Shown: one piece after another, positions 18,490 through 26,834 of the stretch
Numbering within the stretch: the first letter of the stretch is position 1
How the letters are laid out: each line of letters begins with the position of its first letter
From: a virus
Taxonomy: Duplodnaviria; Caudoviricetes
Strand: one strand, 5' to 3'
Length of the DNA: 36,635 nucleotides
IMG/VR virus record: IMGVR_UViG_3300032257_000565
Location: 1 to 36,635 of that record
Notes under the pieces: model-generated
Told to the model about the DNA's origin: nothing
Databases searched by the model: none
Seen by the model: only the letters and a program-made list of their open reading frames with translations
Program-made: the position numbers and the translations under genes

Positions 18490-18545
18490 CCCCATTTAAA
18501 ACCGATTTAATATCGTTTGTACGGGGTTTGCGAGTTTTTTTCAGG
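18490..18545. other. Helically phased T-tracts, candidate strong gyrase site arm
   Basis: TTT at 18495, 18506, 18516, 18527, 18535-18541; upstream of gpI and near the window midpoint. Confidence 0.4.
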
Positions 18546-18624
18546 CCATCATAGTGATTAGCCGCTTAGAGGGCCGCTATGGGCTTAATTTTTTTATAAT
18601 TTGATTTTCTTAAAAATAAGCTTT

Positions 18625-19104
18625 TTACTTTGAATTAAAGTTAATACCAATAATAGCCGTGCCATTAGCTAATATATTTATAGATATAGTTTTGTTGTTT
18701 GAAGTAAACGATTTTTTTCCACCATTATTGCCTGCCAATTCTGGAATAGTATTAAGTACCCACATACTTGCTTCTTTTCGTTTTTCCGGCATTGCTGAGC
18801 CAGCCAAATCAGCAGACATTAAAGATACACCCATATAATTTTCAGCCGTAAACTTTAAAAGAATTGAAACTCCCGATATATTATTTGGCGTCCCATATAT
18901 TCCTACCATTACAGGTTGGCGATCCCTTGGCTCATGCTTATATACAATTATTCCATTACTATTCTTTATTTCTTTAAACCCTTCATTAGTCATAACTCTA
19001 TATGTATTTGAAGTGATTATATTTAAAGCTTCGACGCGATTCATTGCATATGAGTTTAGTGAGACCCCAATTAGTAATGCCACTATTATGGTTTGTTTAA
19101 TCAT
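18625..19104 (-). CDS. Hypothetical exported protein (moron-like)
   Basis: Signal peptide MIKQTIIVALLIGVSLNSYA; AAGGGG RBS; AT-rich. Confidence 0.75.
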   Translation of the reverse strand: MIKQTIIVALLIGVSLNSYAMNRVEALNIITSNTYRVMTNEGFKEIKNSNGIIVYKHEPRDRQPVMVGIYGTPNNISGVSILLKFTAENYMGVSLMSADLAGSAMPEKRKEASMWVLNTIPELAGNNGGKKSFTSNNKTISINILANGTAIIGINFNSK

Positions 19105-19356
19105 TTTTTCCCCTTAATGGTTTTTATAATTTATTTGTTTGCACATTTGTTATGATACATCTGTAAAATCTCAGCCACAATTGTTTTGCATTTGCGCGTC
19201 TTGCAATATTACACCCAAATGAGAAAGCCTAAATCGCCGAAAAATGATGAAATATTGCACCAGATGGCAATCTTCTGATTTATGTATTTATTACTTGTTT
19301 GCATTGCATTTATCGTTTAAAAATAGACCTACATTTAAAAACTAAGGCTTTACAAA

Positions 19357-19548
19357 ATGTCGTTTAACATCTGTGATCGTGAACAACAACACTATGAACA
19401 TTTATGTGATTTAATGCAGGCGATAAATCTGGCATTTAAATTTGGAGACTGCCACAGATATAAATTTACCTGTGAAATGCTTCGTTACAACCTTGAATAT
19501 ATGCTAAAAGAAACAGACTCAGACTGTAATCTCCGTCAGTATGATTAG
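19357..19548 (+). CDS. Small hypothetical protein convergent on the repressor
   Basis: 63 aa, TAAGG upstream, stop overlaps repressor stop. Confidence 0.45.
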   Translation: MSFNICDREQQHYEHLCDLMQAINLAFKFGDCHRYKFTCEMLRYNLEYMLKETDSDCNLRQYD

Positions 19549-20012
19549 CTTTTTTCTGGTATCTCGACACCAGCTAATGCAAAGGTTGTTTTTATCCATG
19601 CAACCAACTCTTCATGATTACTATCATTCTTCAATGCATAATCCGTAAGGATAATCACCTGTCGCTTAGTAAACTTTAAATCAAGCCCTTCAACTGCAGC
19701 TAGCACTTTCATTATTGCCGTAATATATTGCTCAGGTGCGTACTCACCTATATCAACAACATCGCCCACCTCATCTACAATTGGTAGAACAGACTTACTC
19801 TTCACTCCAGTAACCACATACTGAACATCAACTTCTTTTACAGATAGACGGCACAAATACTCCGCATCCGGCACTCGATTATTTTTTTCATAAATACCTT
19901 GAGATTTAGGCGTTACATTGCCAATTTCTGCCATTTTCTTCTGGCTTAACCCTAGCCGAACTCTTTCTTCTTTAATCCTTGTTCCAATCTCATTCAATTT
20001 TTTTGCGCTCAT
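19545..20012 (-). CDS. Immunity repressor (XRE/Cro-CI HTH)
   Basis: IGTRIKEERVRLGLSQKKMAEIGNVTPKSQGIYEKNNRVPDAEYL...VDVQYVVTG; divergent from ner; start re-assigned to ATG 20012. Confidence 0.9.
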   Translation of the reverse strand: MSAKKLNEIGTRIKEERVRLGLSQKKMAEIGNVTPKSQGIYEKNNRVPDAEYLCRLSVKEVDVQYVVTGVKSKSVLPIVDEVGDVVDIGEYAPEQYITAIMKVLAAVEGLDLKFTKRQVIILTDYALKNDSNHEELVAWIKTTFALAGVEIPEKS

Positions 20013-20014
20013 AG

Positions 20015-20043
20015 TTGACTTTCGGTTAGCTGTGTAATATAAA
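20015..20043 (+). promoter_or_regulatory. Early promoter (Pe-like)
   Basis: TTGACT-17 nt-TATAAA upstream of ner. Confidence 0.6.
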
Positions 20044-20059
20044 TATAACCATTCGGTTA
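20015..20059. promoter_or_regulatory. Putative repressor/Ner operators
   Basis: TTCGGTTA at 20021-20028 and 20052-20059; second copy is part of palindrome TAACC-ATTC-GGTTA. Confidence 0.55.
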
Positions 20060-20108
20060 ACTTGTTAACTAGTAATGAACCAATAATTCCACTATCAAGG
20101 TTGTTTTT

Positions 20109-20345
20109 ATGCACTACGCCGATATTATAGCCGCCCTTCATAAGGCAGGGTACCCTCCCGCCAAAGTAGCTGAAGAAATAAAGGTCAGCCGGGCGAACGT
20201 GAGTCAAGTCATTCATGGGAACAGCGCTTCCTATAATGTGGCTTCATATATTTCATCTGTCACAAACATTCCGCTTAACAAGCTTTGGCCAGATGGTCGT
20301 TACCAAACACCACCTAAAAGAATTCGTGAGGCGCAAGCCGCATGA
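20109..20345 (+). CDS. ner: Ner/Nlp-like DNA-binding protein
   Basis: MHYADIIAALHKAG...HTH...IS......KLWPDGRY pattern; divergent from repressor. Confidence 0.85.
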   Translation: MHYADIIAALHKAGYPPAKVAEEIKVSRANVSQVIHGNSASYNVASYISSVTNIPLNKLWPDGRYQTPPKRIREAQAA

Positions 20346-20875
20346 TTAAAATTATTCATCGCTTACAAAAGGGTTGCCGAGTTCGGCTGGCTCGTGAAAA
20401 GGCCAGCCATTCAAAGGCTCAAAATTTGCCTGCCAAAGTAAATGGCCCCGTGCAGCGCGACGATCATGTGGGTTTGCCCAACCAGCAGTTAAGTCTGGGT
20501 TATCAAAATAATGCGCCATGCGCCCAGAAAGCTGAGCAAGTTGAATTGCCCCATATAAGAGCAACGCTGAAAATTCAGCATCTGCGCTCATCTGGGCACC
20601 ATGTTTGTGCGAGCCAGCCTGCACATGTAATGAAACTTCTTTTAAGTGCATTGAGAGCCAGGCCATCCATTCATTGTGCCCTAGTCTTTTTAGTGTGGCG
20701 TGTAGAAAACGCACTTCTGAAGCAGGCATTTGATTTAAAAGTTCATTTACCAGTTCATCTTCAAATACGTTGTAGTAAGTCAATTCGTCGTCGTTATGCA
20801 TCAGTCAGCTCCTGGGCTGTTCGTCAATGTAGAGATAAAAGCATATCCCAACACGAGGGTTCAGTTAATGGCTAA
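20342..20875 (+). CDS. Uncertain ORF bridging ner and the next early gene
   Basis: ATGA overlap with ner stop and overlap with ATG 20868, but atypical composition. Confidence 0.3.
   Translation: MIKIIHRLQKGCRVRLAREKASHSKAQNLPAKVNGPVQRDDHVGLPNQQLSLGYQNNAPCAQKAEQVELPHIRATLKIQHLRSSGHHVCASQPAHVMKLLLSALRARPSIHCALVFLVWRVENALLKQAFDLKVHLPVHLQIRCSKSIRRRYASVSSWAVRQCRDKSISQHEGSVNG
20352..20801 (-). CDS. Hypothetical protein antisense to the early operon
   Basis: 149 aa with globular-like composition (acidic N-terminus, amphipathic helices, Trp-rich C-terminus). Confidence 0.55.
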   Translation of the reverse strand: MHNDDELTYYNVFEDELVNELLNQMPASEVRFLHATLKRLGHNEWMAWLSMHLKEVSLHVQAGSHKHGAQMSADAEFSALLLYGAIQLAQLSGRMAHYFDNPDLTAGWANPHDRRAARGHLLWQANFEPLNGWPFHEPAELGNPFVSDE

Positions 20876-21344
20876 ACGCAAACAACTTTCTACTAGCATT
20901 CAGGCCGATATGTTCCAGCAACTGGCAGAGCGCACCGCCATAGAGGCCAAAGAAGCCCCGTTTTTAGATATTAACTTAGAGCTAATGGGTGGTATTAATA
21001 AAGCCATTCGTGAGGCGCGGGTTAATGGCATGGGCCGCGAACACATTATAGAGCGCATGAATTTGTGCTTAGAAGCAACCGACCAAATAACACTGCGCCA
21101 GCTCAATGCCTGGACAGCCGCCAGCAAAGAAAGCCATAACTTTCCTACGCGTTATCTACCTGCATTTTGCTGGGCCACGCAATGTATGCAGCCATTGCTC
21201 ATGCTTGTGCAGTGCCTGGGTTATGAGCTTGTTGATGGGCGCGATCAGTTAGCGGCCGAGCTGGGTAATAAGTTACTGGCCGAGGCAAAAAACAAACGAG
21301 AGATAAAGCAACTGCAAACAATATTAACCGGAGGTATGAAATGA
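20868..21344 (+). CDS. Early hypothetical protein, probable DNA-binding regulator
   Basis: GAGGG RBS before ATG 20868; QLNAWTA.SKE.HNFP..YLPAFC motif seen in early genes of Mu-like phages. Confidence 0.75.
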   Translation: MAKRKQLSTSIQADMFQQLAERTAIEAKEAPFLDINLELMGGINKAIREARVNGMGREHIIERMNLCLEATDQITLRQLNAWTAASKESHNFPTRYLPAFCWATQCMQPLLMLVQCLGYELVDGRDQLAAELGNKLLAEAKNKREIKQLQTILTGGMK

Positions 21345-21565
21345 AGCCGTCAAAAATTAAACCTGGCACAAAGTTAAATATTAAATCAGCGTTTGGTGGT
21401 TATAACACCGCCTACTTTATTAAGCGCACCAACGCAAAAGCCGGAGCAAAAGCCACGAACTATCTGCGTTTTCCTGACTTTGCAGGGTTAGACAGCCCCG
21501 AAGATGACGGCACTTGCCAGATGAGTGATTACGATTTGTCGCGGCAGGGTGAGATTGCACAGTAA
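21341..21565 (+). CDS. Hypothetical protein
   Basis: GGAGGT RBS, ATGA overlap. Confidence 0.75.
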   Translation: MKPSKIKPGTKLNIKSAFGGYNTAYFIKRTNAKAGAKATNYLRFPDFAGLDSPEDDGTCQMSDYDLSRQGEIAQ

Positions 21566-21627
21566 CTAGCAAAACGGCGGCGCTGCCGCTCATTTGAATA
21601 AACAAACAACTTAAACAGGAAGCAACA

Positions 21628-22626
21628 ATGCCAACTAAGAAAAAAGAAAAACTCATACCCGCTGTAACTCAGACCAATGAGGCTGAGCTACAGGAGATGA
21701 CTGACCAAGCACTGGCCATTAAAAATGATGTGGGGTGGGACTTACCCGTAAAACGCAACAAGTTACTGGCTGGGGCTGAACTGGATAACTGGATAGACGA
21801 CAAAGAAAACCAAAGCAACATTACTAAGGTTGAGCTGGGGTTTGCTTATGCAGCAAAGAAGCGCGAATTAGGACAAGGGTTATTTACTAGCTGGATTAAA
21901 GAGACGGGACGCTGCCCTCGAAATGTTCGTCAAGCCAGCCAAGTTGCTCAGTTGATACACAGCCTGTCAGACACTAATCGGAGGCGCGCCTCCGCCATGC
22001 CGCAAAGAAAACTAGCAGTCTTAGCCAGCACTACACCAGAAATTGTAAACGACCTACTCGACAACAATGAAGTAACCGAAGACATGAGCCGTGAGCAAAT
22101 TCGCGAAATCATCGACCTTAATAAAAAGGTTGCAACATTAGGTCAGCGCTTAGATACAGCCGAGCTAAAAAACAACGACCTGAAAAACAAATTAAAAAAT
22201 AAAGCCAGTGCTAGCGACTACCCAGACTTTGTTGAAAGCACGCGCCATGAGTCAACCACATTAATGAATAAAGCTGGGCTTTGTTTTGATGACATGGAAA
22301 AACTTTACCAAGCACTTGAAGACCTTGGGCGCAAAGGCAAGGTTGAGCACGTTAGAAACTGGAACATTGCAGCCACCAGTTTATACCACAATTTGCGCGG
22401 CACCATTGCCCGCGCACAAACACTTTTAATGACATTAGATAACTCGCTGCCTGATGACGTTAAAGGCCCGGTTTCACCTGCCTATTATTTTAAAGAAGAG
22501 GAAGTAATAGCCGCCGTGCAAGAGCGCGAGCTTTTAGTTGACCAACATTCGCATGAAGCGAAGTGGCGCAAAATTGAACGTGACTCTAAAAAACCTAAAG
22601 GTAAAGGCCGCCCGGCGAAGGTATAA
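21628..22626 (+). CDS. Pre-transposase protein (DUF3102-like N-region, coiled coil)
   Basis: ELG...A.KRELGQGLF.SW..E....PR...Q...VA motif; ends 3 nt before the transposase. Confidence 0.65.
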   Translation: MPTKKKEKLIPAVTQTNEAELQEMTDQALAIKNDVGWDLPVKRNKLLAGAELDNWIDDKENQSNITKVELGFAYAAKKRELGQGLFTSWIKETGRCPRNVRQASQVAQLIHSLSDTNRRRASAMPQRKLAVLASTTPEIVNDLLDNNEVTEDMSREQIREIIDLNKKVATLGQRLDTAELKNNDLKNKLKNKASASDYPDFVESTRHESTTLMNKAGLCFDDMEKLYQALEDLGRKGKVEHVRNWNIAATSLYHNLRGTIARAQTLLMTLDNSLPDDVKGPVSPAYYFKEEEVIAAVQERELLVDQHSHEAKWRKIERDSKKPKGKGRPAKV

Positions 22627-22629
22627 ACA

Positions 22630-24318
22630 ATGAGTAACATTGTGCCCATTAGCCCTGAGTTCACTATGAGCTTACCCAGCGTAAATAATGACTGGGACAA
22701 ACTCTCGCATAAAAAACGTGAGTTGGCCCGTGCGCGTGAAAGCCTGATTAAACCCATTTTAAATGAAGTTAAAAGAGGGGTTAGCGCGCGGGTAGCTATT
22801 GAGTATTTATTAGTTTCAATAAAAACCAATAAAGCCGCTGACGAGTTAATTAAGTTAGCGCAGGAACTTGGGCGAAAAAACAACCCACCTAGCTCTGCCA
22901 CCATTGCCCGCTGGATAAAAGATTATAAAGAAGGCGGGTTAATTGGTTTAGTCAGTAAAAAAGAGGGCCGAGTACGGGTGCCACAAGAATGGGATGCGCG
23001 TGCAATTTATTGGTATGGCTTACCTTCAAAGTTAGCAATGGCCGCGATAGCTGATTTATTAAAACAAGAAGATTTTACTAACGTAGGTGGGCACTTGGTA
23101 AGCCGTTACATTAAGAGCCTGCCAAAAGATTTAAAGCAAAAGCTAGATCGAAAACGCATGGGCGCAAAACTTTATGGAGACACCCAAAAACCTGCGCGCA
23201 TTCGTGACACTGAAGTGCTGCCTATTGGCAGTATTTATCAGGGCGATGGCCACACGATAGATGCCTACCTAGCACACCCAATGACAGGCAACCCATGGCG
23301 ACCAGAACTCACTGTGTGGATAGATGTGCGCAGCCGTTATTTAGTGGGCTGGTATATGAGCGTTGCAGAGTCAAGTTACTCTACTTTATTTTCACTTAGC
23401 CACGCCATGATTACGCACGATCATGTGCCCGCCGGTTTGCACATTGATAACGGCTCGGGCTTTAGGGCAAAAATGATGCACGATAAATCAACCGGTTTTT
23501 ATAGCCGCTTTGATTTAAGCGTAATGTTTTCTATACCTGGCAATCCACAGGGCAAGGGCCAAGTTGAGCGCTGGTTTAGAACGCTGCGTGATAAGTTTGA
23601 TAAAACATTTGCAAGCTACTGCGGGCACGACATGGCACCTGATGCCATTAAAAAAGTGCTGGCCGATGCGAAGAGTGGCAAAGAACCTTTACCCAGTTTG
23701 CAAACTTACCTCAATGGCTTAACCAAGTTTATTGAGTTTTATAACAACAGAGTTCACAGCGCATTAAATGGCGCAACACCCGCCAGCCTTTGGGCACAAC
23801 TTGAGCGGGTGCCTGTGCACATGACCAGCGATGCCATTATTCGCCCCCGCATTAAACGCACGGTTCGCCGAGGCAGCATTAATTTATTTAGCCGTGAATA
23901 TCGCCACCCTGAATTGGTAAGGCACAACAAACAAGAGGTGTTTGTTGAATATAACTTACATGATGATTCACAGGTGCGTGTAATGGACTTAGATGCGCGT
24001 TTAATTGTTGATGCAACGCTTACTCATAAAACCCCTTATTTATCTGATAGCCGAATTGAAGATATGACGAAGCAAAGATTAAAGGGGCAAATTAAACGCC
24101 TTGAACGCCATGCAGATGAAAAGCGAGCACAAGCCAAAATGTTAATTGACCATGAAGAAATATCAACCGAATTAGATTCAATGCCGTTGCCCGATGATTT
24201 AAACGGCGAACTTGAACAACAAGGCAATGAAATGAAGTTTGATATTAACGACACAGATTACGGAGCACAAAGCACACATGTTGAAATGGATTTTGATGAC
24301 ACGGGATATACCGAATAA
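22630..24318 (+). CDS. DDE transposase A (Mu family)
   Basis: HTH PSSATIARW; catalytic YQGDGH, HIDNGSGF, KGQVERWF; YNNRVHSAL; Mu C-terminal domain. Confidence 0.95.
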   Translation: MSNIVPISPEFTMSLPSVNNDWDKLSHKKRELARARESLIKPILNEVKRGVSARVAIEYLLVSIKTNKAADELIKLAQELGRKNNPPSSATIARWIKDYKEGGLIGLVSKKEGRVRVPQEWDARAIYWYGLPSKLAMAAIADLLKQEDFTNVGGHLVSRYIKSLPKDLKQKLDRKRMGAKLYGDTQKPARIRDTEVLPIGSIYQGDGHTIDAYLAHPMTGNPWRPELTVWIDVRSRYLVGWYMSVAESSYSTLFSLSHAMITHDHVPAGLHIDNGSGFRAKMMHDKSTGFYSRFDLSVMFSIPGNPQGKGQVERWFRTLRDKFDKTFASYCGHDMAPDAIKKVLADAKSGKEPLPSLQTYLNGLTKFIEFYNNRVHSALNGATPASLWAQLERVPVHMTSDAIIRPRIKRTVRRGSINLFSREYRHPELVRHNKQEVFVEYNLHDDSQVRVMDLDARLIVDATLTHKTPYLSDSRIEDMTKQRLKGQIKRLERHADEKRAQAKMLIDHEEISTELDSMPLPDDLNGELEQQGNEMKFDINDTDYGAQSTHVEMDFDDTGYTE

Positions 24319-24354
24319 TAATTGTATAAAACAATAAAATCATAAGGTGAAAAT

Positions 24355-25419
24355 ATGAGTAAAAAAGCAGGGCCAAAAACACACGATCAAATTGAGCTGC
24401 CGACAATGTATGCCGAAGCATATTCAGAAGCTGATATTGAGCAAGTAACTGAAATCATTAACTGGGTAAATGAGTGGGCAAATGAAGGTACGGGAACTGG
24501 GTTTGAAAACCGCCGCAGTCAATCACGCTTAGCAATTTCTGCCGGTTTAAAAGCGCCCACCGTTAATATAATTTTAAACGGTAAATACAGTGCATCACCG
24601 AGTAAATTTTTACATAAGTTAACTGACACTATACACCGCCAAAGTGAACGCGAAGCGCAAAATATTGGCGACAACCCCTTTGTTGAAACTTCGGTTTATG
24701 TGGCAGTAAGAGCAGCGTGCAAGCGCGCACATACTTATAGAAGTTTTAGTGTTGTCTCTGCCTTTGTAGGCACAGGTAAAACCAGATCAGTTAAAAAATA
24801 TGCTGAAGATTATCCGAACTGCATTCTGGTAGAGGCAACGCCTAATATGAATGCGAAAGTTTTATTAAGGAGATTAGTAGAAAAGACCGGTGCAATTGTT
24901 CACAAGTCATACCGTTATTCTCAGGGCACTAAAGACGACATGATTGAAGCGGTTATTTCAAGGTTATCCGGTTCAGACAAACTTATTATTTTAGATGAGG
25001 CAGATAAAGTTAACCAGGACACACTCGAAGTATTGCGCCGCATATCAGACCTGGCAAATGTAGGTGTGGTGCTTTCGGGTACAGAAGAGCTGCAACCAAT
25101 GATTCGTGACCCTCGCGGGCGCTTTGGTCAAATCTCATCGCGCATACTTTTTTGGCCTACGGTTATTAAAGGCATTAAAGAGCATGATGCTGAAGCAATA
25201 GTCACTGCCGCCCTTGGCCATGAGGCAACGTTAACCCCTGAAATTCATAAAGCCTTTTTTGAAATGTGCGATGGCTCGGCGCGAGTGTTAGCACACAGCT
25301 TAATTACCGGTGTGCGTGACTACGGGTTACGTAAAGGGCACGAGCTTACCGTTAATATGATTTATCAGGTAGGCACCAAACTGCTGGGCTTTGATAAGCC
25401 TAAAAAAAGGAGAGCATAA
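24355..25419 (+). CDS. Transposition protein B (AAA+ ATPase)
   Basis: N-terminal HTH (SQSRLA...ILNGKY), Walker A AFVGTGKT, Walker B IILDEAD, QISSRI. Confidence 0.93.
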   Translation: MSKKAGPKTHDQIELPTMYAEAYSEADIEQVTEIINWVNEWANEGTGTGFENRRSQSRLAISAGLKAPTVNIILNGKYSASPSKFLHKLTDTIHRQSEREAQNIGDNPFVETSVYVAVRAACKRAHTYRSFSVVSAFVGTGKTRSVKKYAEDYPNCILVEATPNMNAKVLLRRLVEKTGAIVHKSYRYSQGTKDDMIEAVISRLSGSDKLIILDEADKVNQDTLEVLRRISDLANVGVVLSGTEELQPMIRDPRGRFGQISSRILFWPTVIKGIKEHDAEAIVTAALGHEATLTPEIHKAFFEMCDGSARVLAHSLITGVRDYGLRKGHELTVNMIYQVGTKLLGFDKPKKRRA

Positions 25420-25748
25420 TGCGAGCGGATAACAAATCAAAAAAACAAACATACAGTGACGAATATATTGAACACTGTGCCAATTTGTATATGACGTTTA
25501 ATAATAAGTTCAATTTAACAACTCGGGGCATTCGATTTGAAGCGTTTCTTGCGCACCCTGATATGTATGTTGAAATTTTTATGCAAACTCAAAACGTGCA
25601 GGAACTGGTTGATAAAAATGAACTTGAAATAGAAAAGCTGCCCGGTGGCGGGTTTCGCTACGGTGCATTTTTTCAGCCCATGCGTCAAAAGAAAAAACAA
25701 CACCATCAACGCAAAAGTCACATAAATGAGCAGAGGGTACACGCATGA
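25419..25748 (+). CDS. Hypothetical protein
   Basis: AGGAG RBS, TAATG coupling. Confidence 0.7.
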   Translation: MRADNKSKKQTYSDEYIEHCANLYMTFNNKFNLTTRGIRFEAFLAHPDMYVEIFMQTQNVQELVDKNELEIEKLPGGGFRYGAFFQPMRQKKKQHHQRKSHINEQRVHA

Positions 25749-26332
25749 AAACAACCGTAGAAACCATTACCGGAAAACGCCTTAATTTAGCATCGCCTCA
25801 TATCGACCAGATTTGTTTAGAAGATATCATTTATTCATTGAGCCGTATTGCGCGATTCAATGGCCACACAAACGGCGAGTTTGTTTACTCTGTTGCTCAG
25901 CACTCGGTTTGGTGCGCAATGGCCGCCATGCGTTTTTTTGGGGCCAGCTATGAAACCGCTTTAAAGGTATTACTGCATGATGCGCATGAGGCGTATACGG
26001 GTGATATTACAACACCATTAAAGCAGTGTAATGTTTTATACATTGAGCCGTTACAAACCAAGCTGCAAAGTTTGATTTATAGTCAGCTTGATATAACGCC
26101 ACCTGAGCGTGAAGAGCAGGATTTAATTAAAGTGGTTGATGAATACGCACTGGCAATTGAAGCATTTACGTTAACAAACTCTAAGGGCCGTGATTGGGGC
26201 TTGCCGGTGCCGCCGATAAAACATTACGAAATAATGCAGCACCCAATGCCACCGCTAGAAGCACATAAGAAAATGTACGATGCCTATATTTTATTAATTA
26301 ATCACAATTCATTAAACCAATTATGCGCTTAG
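25745..26332 (+). CDS. HD-domain phosphohydrolase (YfbR/YfdR-like deoxynucleotidase)
   Basis: LSRIARFNGHT, YSVAQHSV, LLHDAHEAYTGDI.TPLK, K.VD..AL..E. Confidence 0.9.
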   Translation: MKTTVETITGKRLNLASPHIDQICLEDIIYSLSRIARFNGHTNGEFVYSVAQHSVWCAMAAMRFFGASYETALKVLLHDAHEAYTGDITTPLKQCNVLYIEPLQTKLQSLIYSQLDITPPEREEQDLIKVVDEYALAIEAFTLTNSKGRDWGLPVPPIKHYEIMQHPMPPLEAHKKMYDAYILLINHNSLNQLCA

Positions 26333-26829
26333 ATATTACATGCCCAACATGCGGCGATGAGTTTGATATGAGCCTTGCGCGCAATGACGATGACTGGCGT
26401 GAACTGGTTGAGCTGGTAATGACCTTGCCTGATTTAGTGCACCGCCCTGTGTGGCAATATTTATCATTATTTCAAGGCAAGCAAAAATTGCGCTCTCTAA
26501 AAATGCTACGCATAGTTAAAGAGCTTCACCCAATGATTAAAGCAGCTGAAATAAAGCGAGGTCATGCAACCTATGCCATGCCTGCGGAGAAGTTTGCGCG
26601 GGCCATGACATATTTAGTAGATGCCCGCCCTGAGTCTTTAGTGTTGCCGTTAAAAGGTAATGGGTACCTGTTAGGCATGATGGCTAATCAGGCAGAACAG
26701 GCGTTAAACAAAACCGAGAAACAACAGGAGAAAGCAATTAGAAGTCGAGTTCAAACGCCTAAAGCAGACCATGCCTCAAATGCATCATTTGCGCCATGGA
26801 AAAGTAATCAACCAACTAACGAGAGTTAA
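26323..26829 (+). CDS. Mu-like phage hypothetical protein with N-terminal CxxC
   Basis: CPTCG, YL.LF, LPLK.NGYL. Confidence 0.8.
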   Translation: MRLDITCPTCGDEFDMSLARNDDDWRELVELVMTLPDLVHRPVWQYLSLFQGKQKLRSLKMLRIVKELHPMIKAAEIKRGHATYAMPAEKFARAMTYLVDARPESLVLPLKGNGYLLGMMANQAEQALNKTEKQQEKAIRSRVQTPKADHASNASFAPWKSNQPTNES

Positions 26830-26834
26830 ATATT

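Noticed and set aside
18388-18624. Internal Mu-type end (attL) at the arm junction
   Set aside because: No repeated transposase-binding-like sites or flanking host DNA evident; cannot be fully excluded without the true end sequences
20013-20216. N-terminal 68-aa extension of the repressor in the ORF track
   Set aside because: Would overlap ner and the promoter/operators; the HTH begins right after ATG 20012
21575-21592. GC-rich mini-hairpin CGGCGGCGCTGCCG before the 332-aa gene
   Set aside because: Short stem with too small a loop and no clear U-tract
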